Source: an uncultured Alphaproteobacteria bacterium (GTDB lineage: Bacteria > Pseudomonadota > Alphaproteobacteria > Methylaequorales > Methylaequoraceae). Taken from it: a DNA stretch of 64,000 nucleotides. The stretch covers positions 1,104 through 65,103 of the forward strand of contig CACHGK010000006.1 of the NCBI GenBank assembly GCA_902579395.1. Reading direction: 5' to 3'. Both the position numbers and the translations under genes were made by a program. The notes beneath the pieces were generated by a model, which was given only the letters and a program-made list of their open reading frames with translations, did no database searches and had not been told where the DNA came from. This document shows, one piece after another, positions 1-9,900 of the stretch (its first letter is position 1; each line of letters starts with the position of its first letter).

Positions 1-2300
1 ACCAATAAGCCCAGAAATCGTCGGTAATTCAGATGCGAGAACAACAGAACCCCCATCGTAGACTTTACTCCCACTAAGCCCTAGAGCCTTTGGAGTTATA
101 GAATAACCATGCGAACCCGAAGGCAATGTAAGTGTATAGTTTGCAGCCAAACCACCATTGGTACCATTAACTAACGATAATCCTGAACCATTACTGTTAA
201 TTGTTGATGCAACACCAGCATCTTTGCTATCAGCTGTTCCTGTACCTGATGTTGTTAAAGTTTCACGAGTCCCATTTGATAAAACAAGTTGGCCAGAACT
301 AAAACTACCTGAAGTATTAAATATGTCAGAACTACCTCCATTAGAAAATGTGCCTTGAGCCGTGTAAGAGGCAATAGTTCCACCGCCAACGTCTGTTGTC
401 CCGTCATATTGACGCGTTCCAGTCAAGCGCACTGGTCTTGGAGTTATATCAATAGTCATAGACGCACCGGAAAATGTATAGTTTGATGCTGCGCTCACCT
501 GATCAGCTAATGTCCATGTACCTTTGGCTACATTTTGGGTCCCAACATTTGCAGATGCAGAAATTCCATTTCCTGTCCAAAGTAAACTTTCTCCACTGAC
601 TCCAAGATTTATCTGCGCCTCCACAGAATTTGAGTGAACCACAGTATCTCCATCATACTGCTTGGTTCCTGTAATGGTTACAGGTCTTGGATTTATTGTA
701 ATAGAATGGGTTCCACCGGCTAATTTATAATTTGCTCCTACCCCTCCATTTGTTCCATTTCCCAGGGCTAATGTTCCTTCACTAGCTATCGTTCTAGAGC
801 CGGCACCAGCTAGGTTTAAAGTGCCTGAACCTGAGACCGTTAAAGTTTCACTACCTATCGTACCACCAATTGAAGATATTATACTAGAATTAACCGTTTT
901 GGTTCCATCATAAGTTCTAGAGCCAGTTAAATTTACTGATTTTTTAGCTATATCAACTGTTAAAAGATTGTTTAGCGCAATTGTGTTAATATTATAAGAT
1001 CCTGCATCTGATCCGCTGAGTGCTAATGTTCCCAAATTTCCTTGTGTTATGGTCACTCCATTTGCCACGTTTTTAGAAGAGGCTGTGCCAGAGCCTGTAA
1101 TAGACACAGAAGCGCTTGAATTACTAGGATCTACGAAAGAAAGTAAGGTTCCAGATACAGTTAGTGATCCATCATATACTTTCGTTCCAGTGATGTATGG
1201 AGTTGTAGCTGTAATGTCGACAGTATGAGTACCACCAGTAATAGTATAGTTGCTTGCAGTTCCCGAATTGTCACTTAAAGTAAACCCACTAATATCTGAA
1301 AATGATAAATTACTACCCGGAGTTGATTGAGATGCAACTCCATTTCCCCCTAAAGTTAAGGTTTCTGACCCTACCAAGTTACTTAACGTCATTACTGAGG
1401 CTGCTATGGCATTTGTACTATTATCTGCTCTGGCACCGTCCATGTCCAAGATTCTTTGTTGAATCACTCCCCTCACATTCCCAGTAATTGTATAGTTACT
1501 TGATGCTGCTGTGCCATCTGCTAGTGTAAATCCCGAAATGTTATATGAACCAGCATTAACTGCAGATCCAGCAGTAGTTCCTGTTCCAGTTAAACTTAGT
1601 GTTTCTAGTCCTACACCGGTTCGTCCAACAAGATTAGCTGGCGGACTAGACATTGTTTGGAATTCGAAAAATACATCGTCCGTTGAACTAAATGTCGCCG
1701 TACCGTTGTATTGACGTTGAACTTGAACGGCTAATGGTCTTTTCTGAATTTGAAAGTCTGCTGATGAGAGATTATAGTTAGATGCAAGCCCTCCATTTGA
1801 ACCGTCTGCTAGAACAACATTGCTTAAGGCCACTGATGTAAAACCAGATTCATCTGCAACCATGGTATTAAAAGTATCGTTACTTCCGCCAAACGTTAAT
1901 GTCTCACTCCCTATTAAACCACTTTGAACACTGAAGTTAGCCGGGTACATATTTCGCGTTGCGTCGTAAAATCTCTGGCCTCTTACCACTACATCTTTTG
2001 TATTTATCCTACCCGAAAGGGTTTGAGCTGTTCCACTTGTAGCCAAACCATAAACAGTTCCGTGCTTTGAATGGACTGGATTGATTGTATAAGCTGCATT
2101 TGCAGTAACAGTTAAGCTTGTTCCTACATTTGCTTGTGAATATGTAAATGTTGGTGAATTAAGATTTAAATTTACATTTAACGGGTCATTCAAACTATCT
2201 GACCCAAAAGTCGCAGCTGATGTCGAGTTTGTTCCATCATACGTTTTTCTTACTTGATGTGTTCCACCACCAATATTTGCAAATGTTTTTGTAATTGTTC
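1..2300 (-). repeat. In-frame tandem array of about 87-aa (about 260-nt) YDG/MBG-like repeat units within the partial TpsA
   Basis: Hand translation shows recurring units such as ...ASNYT(F/I)..G....(V/I)DI.PRPV.(L/I)TG.(R/K)QYDGTT.... (Y/F)(D/N)G motifs fall near nt 60, 400, 655, 908, 1170, 1705, 1965 and 2232, with a degenerate one near 1440. The units are diverged at the nucleotide level. Confidence 0.7.
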
Positions 2301-4926
2301 CTGGATCATAGGCGCTTAAAACTGCATTCCCTGAGCCTGAGATTGAGCCTCCCGAATAAGCATACTGTACAAAGTTAGCTGCTGGTACATTGTTTACACT
2401 GACATCTGCGTTTCTTGTCTGCCTTAACTTCCAATTACCGTTTGGCGTATTAATTGATGAAATAGAGCCTAACTGCGGACTAATTACTGTTAAAGGATTT
2501 GACACAGCATTTGCTATGAGTGTTCCTGCACTAAATGATTGAGATGATGTTGCACTGTTCGTTACAGAAATCGTATTTGAAGCCGTTAAAGTTCCATTTA
2601 AAGTTATATTTCCTTGATTAGCATTATTTGATGCATTGACTGTGATGGTATTAGCACTCATATCACCACTTGGACTCAAAGATTGCGAATAACTTGAGGA
2701 ACCACTCAACATAGAGATTGTTATTGAACCAGTCCCAACATTTAAGTCACCACCTCCTGTTATAAATCTGTTTCCTGATCCAGTGCTACTTGCTGAACCA
2801 TGGTTTGCCTCTAAAACAAGGTCACCATTTGCTGTTGTTATATTTTGATTTATGTTAATTCTTCTTCCAGCCTGCAATGTTAAATCACCACCTGAAGAAC
2901 CACTAGCTGTTATGGCACTAGAGATCGTAATATCACGATTTGCCTGCAGTACAACGTTTGTTCCGGCAGTTATGGCGTTGGAAATAGTTGACGAATTTAT
3001 GAAATAAGTCGAATTACTCCCGTTACCAAAACTCGAAACATCTGATAATGTTCTAGTACCAGAGGAATTAACAATTATAAACCTAGGATCAAGAAGCAAA
3101 GTTCCACCGTTAAGAGCCACACCTTCAATATTGGCTCTTTTAAGGTAATCTTTTGATGAAATCTCTACAAAGCCTCCACCTTTGTCGTAAATCAGTGGTG
3201 TTGGAGGGTCCACCTCTGATTTTAAATGGTTTCGACTTAATTGAACCATTTGTTTTGGAGGAGGGTCTACAATTGATTCAACTAGTTGAGATTTAAGTTT
3301 TTTCGTCCCGTTTAGAGGTTCTTTGGACGAAGCAAAGATACTTCCACCGCCCTTATCTACTATCAAAGGCTCGGTTTCTGAACCCTTTGCGTTGATTTTC
3401 CCTTTAAAATCAGTCATTTGGTTTGACCACACTACAGTCGTACCACCTTGACCTTTTTCGCTGGAAACATCAATATTTGTATCCGCTTTAACAATCGTTT
3501 GCTTGGCATTTAGGATTGATGGTTGATTGCCAAAGCGGGTAACAAATCCCTTAACATATTTTTTATCCGTGTTGGTTAATTCTTTGCCCCCAAGATAATC
3601 TCCTCCTATTCTTACTTTTCCGCCCATAGTTTTTCCTTTCGCTTCAATTGTTGCGTTGGAAATTTCTACCTGATTTGCAGTTATATCAATTTTTCCTCCA
3701 TATCCGATCGATGCATTAGCTTTTAAACTGCCTGTCGACGTATTAATTGTTTTTGCCAGAGATCTTATCTCACCGCCTTTATTTTGGCCCGATACATCTA
3801 CGACCACATTTTCTGTTGATTTGATGCTTTTTTCTGACATGAATACAACAGATCCACCATTTTTCTTATTCCCTTTGGCAAAAATTGATCCATCAAGCTT
3901 AAGATTATCCATTGCTTCTATACTAACTGTCCCACCTGATTTTCCGTTAGCATAAATATCACCAAGATATGAAACATTTTTTCCTCTAACAATTACAGTT
4001 CCCGAGGGGCTAACAGATTTGTAACCTGATACGTCAATCTTTCCAGCAACTTTAATGTTGTCAATTAAAGGGCTTCCAATAACAATTTTTCCAGTTTTAT
4101 CATCTACACTTCTGGCGACTAACACTCCTGTAGCACCAATATTTACAGAGGACCTAGAGAGTCTGTTCGCGGTTGCAACGGACAATTTGATAATTCCACC
4201 ATTTGCCTTTAACTTCCCTGTGTTGGAAATCAGGCTTTTTAATGTCTTTCCATTTATATCTTTTATTAAGTGCAATTGATTGTTTGGAACAGAAACACTC
4301 ATTAATCCATCACCAACGAAGTCCAACGTTATTTTCTCACCTGCACCTAACGCTATTTTACCCAACCTTGCTGACACTATGCCTGAATTTGAAATTTGTC
4401 CGCCCAAAAGTGCTGCATTTCCGCCAGTTCCCACAATGATTTTTCCTCTATTACTAACTTTTTTTGAATTTCCGTTTCCCTGGAAATTTAATCTATCTTG
4501 TAAAAAATCCTGATTTTTAATATCAAGGGTTGACGCTGTAAACGAACCGGTTTTTACAACTCCATCTTTTGTGATAACCACTCCATTAGGATTGATTATT
4601 AATACTTTACCGTTCGAATTTAATTTTCCAGCAATTGATGATGGAGTGGAACCAGTAACTCTATTTAAAGAGGAAGATGAGGAGGAAGGCATATTAAAAT
4701 CCACTTGGCCCTTCTTGTGAATAGAAAAACTATTCCAATTTATAATTGACTTATTTGTAGACTGATCAATGATCAAGTGGTCTTTATTAATTCCGGATAT
4801 ACTCACATCACCTGACTGAATGCTTGCACCTGTTGGCATTTCACCAGATAAGCAAAAGCCAGTGTATAATAATGCGGTTCCAAAACTCAAAAGCTTTGAT
4901 ATGTTTTTTAAAACTTTGATGACCAT
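1..4926 (-). CDS. TpsA-type giant secreted exoprotein (filamentous-haemagglutinin family), 5' part only; the C-terminus lies beyond the window start
   Basis: The minus-strand frame is open from the ATG at 4926 (GGAGGAG immediately upstream) to the window edge. It is absent from the ORF track because it has no in-window stop. My translation of the N-terminus is MVIKVLKNISKLLSFGTALLYTGFC...IINWNSFSIHKKGQVDFNMPSSSSSSLNRVTGSTPSSIAGKLNSNGKVLIINPNGVV. This is a TPS secretion domain with LNRV and NPNG motifs, clearly paralogous to the N-terminus of 6934..11076. Downstream are G/S/T/N-rich beta-helix repeats, then YDG-type repeats. Confidence 0.85.
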   Translation of the reverse strand, partial: MVIKVLKNISKLLSFGTALLYTGFCLSGEMPTGASIQSGDVSISGINKDHLIIDQSTNKSIINWNSFSIHKKGQVDFNMPSSSSSSLNRVTGSTPSSIAGKLNSNGKVLIINPNGVVITKDGVVKTGSFTASTLDIKNQDFLQDRLNFQGNGNSKKVSNRGKIIVGTGGNAALLGGQISNSGIVSARLGKIALGAGEKITLDFVGDGLMSVSVPNNQLHLIKDINGKTLKSLISNTGKLKANGGIIKLSVATANRLSRSSVNIGATGVLVARSVDDKTGKIVIGSPLIDNIKVAGKIDVSGYKSVSPSGTVIVRGKNVSYLGDIYANGKSGGTVSIEAMDNLKLDGSIFAKGNKKNGGSVVFMSEKSIKSTENVVVDVSGQNKGGEIRSLAKTINTSTGSLKANASIGYGGKIDITANQVEISNATIEAKGKTMGGKVRIGGDYLGGKELTNTDKKYVKGFVTRFGNQPSILNAKQTIVKADTNIDVSSEKGQGGTTVVWSNQMTDFKGKINAKGSETEPLIVDKGGGSIFASSKEPLNGTKKLKSQLVESIVDPPPKQMVQLSRNHLKSEVDPPTPLIYDKGGGFVEISSKDYLKRANIEGVALNGGTLLLDPRFIIVNSSGTRTLSDVSSFGNGSNSTYFINSSTISNAITAGTNVVLQANRDITISSAITASGSSGGDLTLQAGRRININQNITTANGDLVLEANHGSASSTGSGNRFITGGGDLNVGTGSITISMLSGSSSYSQSLSPSGDMSANTITVNASNNANQGNITLNGTLTASNTISVTNSATSSQSFSAGTLIANAVSNPLTVISPQLGSISSINTPNGNWKLRQTRNADVSVNNVPAANFVQYAYSGGSISGSGNAVLSAYDPGTITKTFANIGGGTHQVRKTYDGTNSTSAATFGSDSLNDPLNVNLNLNSPTFTYSQANVGTSLTVTANAAYTINPVHSKHGTVYGLATSGTAQTLSGRINTKDVVVRGQRFYDATRNMYPANFSVQSGLIGSETLTFGGSNDTFNTMVADESGFTSVALSNVVLADGSNGGLASNYNLSSADFQIQKRPLAVQVQRQYNGTATFSSTDDVFFEFQTMSSPPANLVGRTGVGLETLSLTGTGTTAGSAVNAGSYNISGFTLADGTAASSNYTITGNVRGVIQQRILDMDGARADNSTNAIAASVMTLSNLVGSETLTLGGNGVASQSTPGSNLSFSDISGFTLSDNSGTASNYTITGGTHTVDITATTPYITGTKVYDGSLTVSGTLLSFVDPSNSSASVSITGSGTASSKNVANGVTITQGNLGTLALSGSDAGSYNINTIALNNLLTVDIAKKSVNLTGSRTYDGTKTVNSSIISSIGGTIGSETLTVSGSGTLNLAGAGSRTIASEGTLALGNGTNGGVGANYKLAGGTHSITINPRPVTITGTKQYDGDTVVHSNSVEAQINLGVSGESLLWTGNGISASANVGTQNVAKGTWTLADQVSAASNYTFSGASMTIDITPRPVRLTGTRQYDGTTDVGGGTIASYTAQGTFSNGGSSDIFNTSGSFSSGQLVLSNGTRETLTTSGTGTADSKDAGVASTINSNGSGLSLVNGTNGGLAANYTLTLPSGSHGYSITPKALGLSGSKVYDGGSVVLASELPTISGLIG

Positions 4927-4959
4927 CTCCTCCAAAAGTCAAAACTTGATTGTATTTAG

Positions 4960-6780
4960 CTAAAATGTCATTGCTAAACTTACTCCTAAATGTTGTTTAT
5001 TTAATCTCACATCGGAGACATCCTCTAGTACTCCTGTTGCCCAATTTTTTGAATATTCAACCTTTGCGCTCACATTTTTTTCAAAGAAATATTTATCCAT
5101 ACTATTTATCATTAGACCAATACCAATTGATTTTGCGGCTGTTGCCCGATTCTCAGCGGCAGTTGGTGTAATAGTATAAGCAACCCCAGCAGCGCCATAA
5201 ACATATGGCGAAACTTTTAACTTATCATTGAGCCTATAATCCTTATTAAATTGGCCCCTAAAGTACCAATTTTCATCTCCAGAAATGGCTCCAGATGTGA
5301 ATCCGCTTAGTTTATTAGGGCCTGTAATCCCTGATTGCTCTGAGTTCAATAGATCATCAAGTGCTAACTGACCACCTGTGTTGACATTGAAGTTTAAGTC
5401 CTTAGTTAAAGCAACTGAATAAGTGGTATCCAACTTAAAATGCGTAAAATTATTTTTCCCGCTTGCCCTGGACAGCGGGGTTCCTTTACCAACATCTCCT
5501 AAAGACCTAGAGGCAATATCTATTCCTCTAGACACCTGAATATCTATCCCTAGGCATCCTATCTGGCATCTATTTAAACTTGTTCCAAATCTTAGCGCAG
5601 TTATTCTGTCATGACTGAGATCTTGATCTTCACCACTTAGGTTTGTTTGTTGTATTTCATCTGTCCAACTCAATGTACCTCGAAAAAAGACTGCCTTATC
5701 TCGCTTATAAACCAGTGGATAAGAAACTGTTGCAGTTGCAGATTTCATATTTGCCTCCAGCCCTAGATCTCTAGCATCTGCGCCTGGTCTTGTCATACTT
5801 TCCATGTAAGACAGACCTGTTGTGAGTCCATTATTTCCAATTGGTACAGACATGGCCAATCCACCGGCTCTTATTGGAACATCAGCTCCAGTTCCTTTCA
5901 TACCCTTTATTGTAGGTCTTGCCAATCCAAATAATGATATGGTTTCTCCAAGACCAAGTGGCGAATTTATTACCGAACGAGCTTGTCCTTGCTGTCTTCC
6001 TAATTCTTCGCTTTGAGTATTGTCAAATGTTACACTGCCATTAAACAACTGATGTTTTGCTGTAATTACTAGAACTGTGCCACCTTCATTAACGCCGGCT
6101 GAAAGAGTGCTTTCCAATGTCAGGCCTGCAGTGTTTCCCGCAAGTAATAATTGACGCTCTATTTGAGCAAACATAATAGATTTCTTTCTGATTAAAGGTT
6201 TCAAATATGAATATATCCTTCTTACTTGATTGACGGGAACCTTAGATAAATCCAGCTGTTCAATAAATCCATCAATAACTTTTATAAAAACTGTAGCTTC
6301 CTCTGGCTCTAATTCTTGTGTCGGGAGCACAACCCTAACTAATGGATAACCTTTTTCATTATAATCTTTTTCAATTTCGAGGGCTAAATTATATAATTCT
6401 GAGATATTTTGCTCTTTACCAATGATTTTTTTCTGGTATTTATCCACAGATATTATATTTTGAAGTTCGGTAGGAGCTAAAATTATTAAAGTTTGAGGAG
6501 TGATCGTTATCCCTGTATCCTCCTGTTGTTCTATTGGAATCTCTGGTATTGAGGGTATTATAGCATCCTGTTTTTTCATTTCATAGTAACCCGCTGACGG
6601 CGGGGGCTGAAACATTTTTGGTAAAGCTTGACTTGGAGTTCTTGGATTTGCCGCAAAAGTTTCCCTTGATAATATTATAACCACCAAAAAGATAAAACAA
6701 AATATAGGAACTATAAATTGCGCAAATAGCCAAATACATTGGCTTTTAGTATATGATCCATCATTTCGATACACCATCAA
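4960..6780 (-). CDS. TpsB outer-membrane transporter (ShlB/FhaC/HecB family, POTRA domains plus beta-barrel)
   Basis: 606-aa ORF with an N-terminal hydrophobic signal, a POTRA-like region (YPLVRVVLPTQELEPEEATVFIKVIDGFI) and a C-terminal barrel ending in aromatic F. An RG-containing loop motif (VSRGID) is present. It lies 33 bp upstream of a TpsA gene and is paralogous to 11188..13011. Confidence 0.85.
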   Translation of the reverse strand: MMVYRNDGSYTKSQCIWLFAQFIVPIFCFIFLVVIILSRETFAANPRTPSQALPKMFQPPPSAGYYEMKKQDAIIPSIPEIPIEQQEDTGITITPQTLIILAPTELQNIISVDKYQKKIIGKEQNISELYNLALEIEKDYNEKGYPLVRVVLPTQELEPEEATVFIKVIDGFIEQLDLSKVPVNQVRRIYSYLKPLIRKKSIMFAQIERQLLLAGNTAGLTLESTLSAGVNEGGTVLVITAKHQLFNGSVTFDNTQSEELGRQQGQARSVINSPLGLGETISLFGLARPTIKGMKGTGADVPIRAGGLAMSVPIGNNGLTTGLSYMESMTRPGADARDLGLEANMKSATATVSYPLVYKRDKAVFFRGTLSWTDEIQQTNLSGEDQDLSHDRITALRFGTSLNRCQIGCLGIDIQVSRGIDIASRSLGDVGKGTPLSRASGKNNFTHFKLDTTYSVALTKDLNFNVNTGGQLALDDLLNSEQSGITGPNKLSGFTSGAISGDENWYFRGQFNKDYRLNDKLKVSPYVYGAAGVAYTITPTAAENRATAAKSIGIGLMINSMDKYFFEKNVSAKVEYSKNWATGVLEDVSDVRLNKQHLGVSLAMTF

Positions 6781-6808
6781 CCACCAGTCTAAATTAAATT
6801 TCCAAGCA

Positions 6809-6817
6809 TGTGGATAA
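6809..6817 (-). promoter_or_regulatory. Perfect DnaA-box-like 9-mer TGTGGATAA (plus-strand reading)
   Basis: Read directly in the tpsA/tpsB spacer. It is the reverse complement of TTATCCACA. Confidence 0.5.
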
Positions 6818-6867
6818 TGACACAGAACCCAAAGAATTGCAATGATTTATTCATTTTTAAAGTTTTC

Positions 6868-6876
6868 TTATCCACA
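6868..6876 (+). promoter_or_regulatory. Perfect DnaA-box-like 9-mer TTATCCACA
   Basis: Read directly in the sequence. It forms an inverted pair with 6809..6817, separated by 50 nt. Confidence 0.5.
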
Positions 6877-6933
6877 ACTAAATATCTATAGTTATAAATT
6901 TAAGACACCAAAATAGCTGCTACTTTTTCAAAT

Positions 6934-9900
6934 CTATTCCTCTGTGGTATTAGAGTCGCTATTATCACCAGATGTTCCTCCACCGGAACTAGATGATGAG
7001 GCCGGTGCGCCGCCACCACTAGGAGGTGACCCTGCGGCTGCGCCTCCAGAGGTTGATCCACTAGATGTTGGTCCTCCACTTGGGGAGGAAACTGAAATAT
7101 TGGGACCTGATGTCATTGCTACGACCTTTGGAATTGCTTGAGTTGCCCCTGTGATAATTTTTTTCCCTGATTTAGCCAATTCATTTAATTTATTTTCTAT
7201 ATTCTTCAATGCTTTAAATTTAGCTTTTAATTCAAAAAGGAACTCATGAGTTTCCCCTAAAAGTGTATAATTTTTTGCATCTTTACCTGATAATTCTAAT
7301 CCACTGACATTAATTTTATTTAGACCCTCTTTTGTTACTCTAACTTTCGTACTTCCTAGGAGCTTGACTTGATCACCTTTTATTTGATTTTCCATCCTTA
7401 ATTGACCTGAGGAAAGTTTAATATTCCTATTAATTCTGTTAATTTTTCTTGACCCACTTAGTTTAATTGGTTTTTTGTTAACAGTAATTTTATGCTGGCC
7501 ACCTATTAGAGTATAATTACTTGCCACCCCTCCATTTGAGCCATCAGCCAAGGAGAGGCCTGCTGTTGAGGCTAAGCCGGAATTTGATTGAGTGTTTGCT
7601 GAAGACAATAAACCGGTTCCAGAAATAGTAAGCGTTTCTTTACCGACAAAGCTTCCTACTGTTAAATCTTTAGAGCTTACAATAGTTGTACCGTCATAAT
7701 TTCGTGTTCCATTCAAACTTACAGGTTTTTGAGAAATCTGAGCACTATTGATTGTTTTTGCTGTTGAACTAGTAGCGAGTCCATAAACATTTCCATGTCT
7801 ACTATGGCTTGCTGAAGTAATAGTATAGGCTGAATCTGCCGTAACTACATTTGAGTTACCTGAATCTTTTGAACCGTAAGTGTAGGTTTTATTGCTCAAT
7901 GCGACGTTTACATTGCTTGAAAGTCCATTTGCAGAGGTTACCGCTACATTTCCAAAGGTAGAAGAGGAAGTTGAAGTCGTTCCGTCATAAACTTTAGTGA
8001 CTTTTTGACTAGTACCAGTTATATTGCTATACGTCTTTGTTAGCACTCCTGGATCATAGCCTGTTAATATCCCATCCCCTGAACCACTGATTGTGTTGCC
8101 ATTAGAATAATTATATTGAATGAAATCTGCTGATGGTAGGTTACTGAAGGCATTATCCGATGAAGGGTTAAATCTTGTTACTCTCCAATTACTATTATCA
8201 TTCTGCGTATTAATTGAAGGGATTCCGCCTATCTCATGACCAGAAATACTTATTGTCGTTCCGCTGTTATTTGTTGCTGTCAAGCTAGTACCGGTAATGG
8301 TGCCAGTTCCTGTGTCACCTGCTGCATTAATTGCTCCAGCAGTAATCGTACCTAATGAAATGTTACCCGGTTGGTCATTCGTTAGACCAGCGCCCCCATC
8401 TATTATGGCCGTTACGGTCCCACTTCCAGCGTTAATTGTGGCATTGTTACTTATATCTGCTGTCCCACTACCTCTCTGTGCGTCTACAACGCCATACGAT
8501 GTCGATGTATTAGCACGAAGAGTTAAATCTCCATTAGCTGTTGTTATGTTCGAATTTATAGTAATATCACGTCCAGCCAGAAGTGATAAATCTCCCCCTG
8601 AACTTCCACTGACGCTAATTGCATCTGAAACTGTGATATCCTGATTAGCTCTTAAATAAACATCGGTTCCTGCTTGCAATAAATCCTTTATAGTTCCACT
8701 CCCAATAGCATTTGAACTAGTTGAATCTGTAGAAAATGAATTAACAGTTGCAATGCCTGCAGTTCCAGTAGCTCCTGCAAATGACCCGGTCGTGAATTCA
8801 TTATTATTATGATAAGCGACACCACTTAAATTCGTAGTCCAACCTTGGCCTGGACCTTGCCATCCAAAATCTATTCTATCACCACCCGTTCTTTCTCCAA
8901 AATATATTAACAATGGATAGTAGGTATCTGCTTGTAGTGTCACATTACTACTATATCTTATTCTCATACCATGTGCACCTCTGTTATCAACCAATCTGTT
9001 AGAGGCACTTCTTACACTGATAAAATCAGACCATGAATCGACACTGTTCCAACCTTGTGTAAATAACCATGCCCAACTTGAATCATCACTGAAGGTATAA
9101 AATCGATGTGTTCCTGTTTGATTAGGTTTAAAAAAACCTCTCCACTCTGCGGAATATCTCTCAGCAAAGTTTCTACCTGGTGTTCTGTAATCAATTTTAG
9201 TGAAATCACTACTAAATCTGTTCCTCACTGATGATCTAGAATCTTGAGTTCTTCCACCAACAGTTCCAAAATAACTAAAGCTATCGTTAAAATAGTTGTA
9301 ATATACTTGTGCTCTTAATCCATTATCCAAAGAACCTCCTGATGAACCACTGGCATCAACTGTAATATTCTTGGGATCTAAAAGCAAAGTACCATAATCT
9401 ACACTCACACGATCTAAGTTAACAGTTCTCAAAAGATTTTTTGATGAAATTTCAATAAAACCGCCTTTTACTTTATTTTTTGAGGCCTCTGCAATCCAAT
9501 CGTTATCTGCACTTAAATACCCATTGGCATCAATTGACCCCATGAAGTCAGTGGTTTGATCTGACCAGACAACAGTTGTTCCTCCTTGCCCAAATGAACT
9601 TGAAACATTGATGTTAACGTCGTAATCAACTATAGTATTTTGAGCGTTGATGATGTCATTCTCATTATCAAAACGATTTATAAAACCATTATACTCCTTT
9701 TTACCTACTAATTTTAACTTTTTACCGCCTAAATACTCACCGCCAACTCGAACTTTTCCTCCTTGAGACGAACCTTTAGCTGAAATATCTGCTTTGGTTA
9801 ATCTTATATTCTTTCCTGATAAATCAATTTTGCCTCCTTGGCCAGAGTCACCGTCAGCTTTGAAAGATCCATTGAAAAGACCATAATTATCGGCGTGTAG

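Noticed and set aside
6781-6933. Possible CDI-type immunity gene or leader peptide downstream of tpsA. A 21-aa ORF at 6789..6854 on the minus strand reads MNKSLQFFGFCVIIHMLGNLI. A 12-aa ORF lies in the paralogous spacer at 11077..11187.
   Set aside because: Both are too short, lack a convincing RBS and are not conserved between the two paralogous spacers. The TpsA has no VENN/toxin C-terminus that would need an immunity protein.
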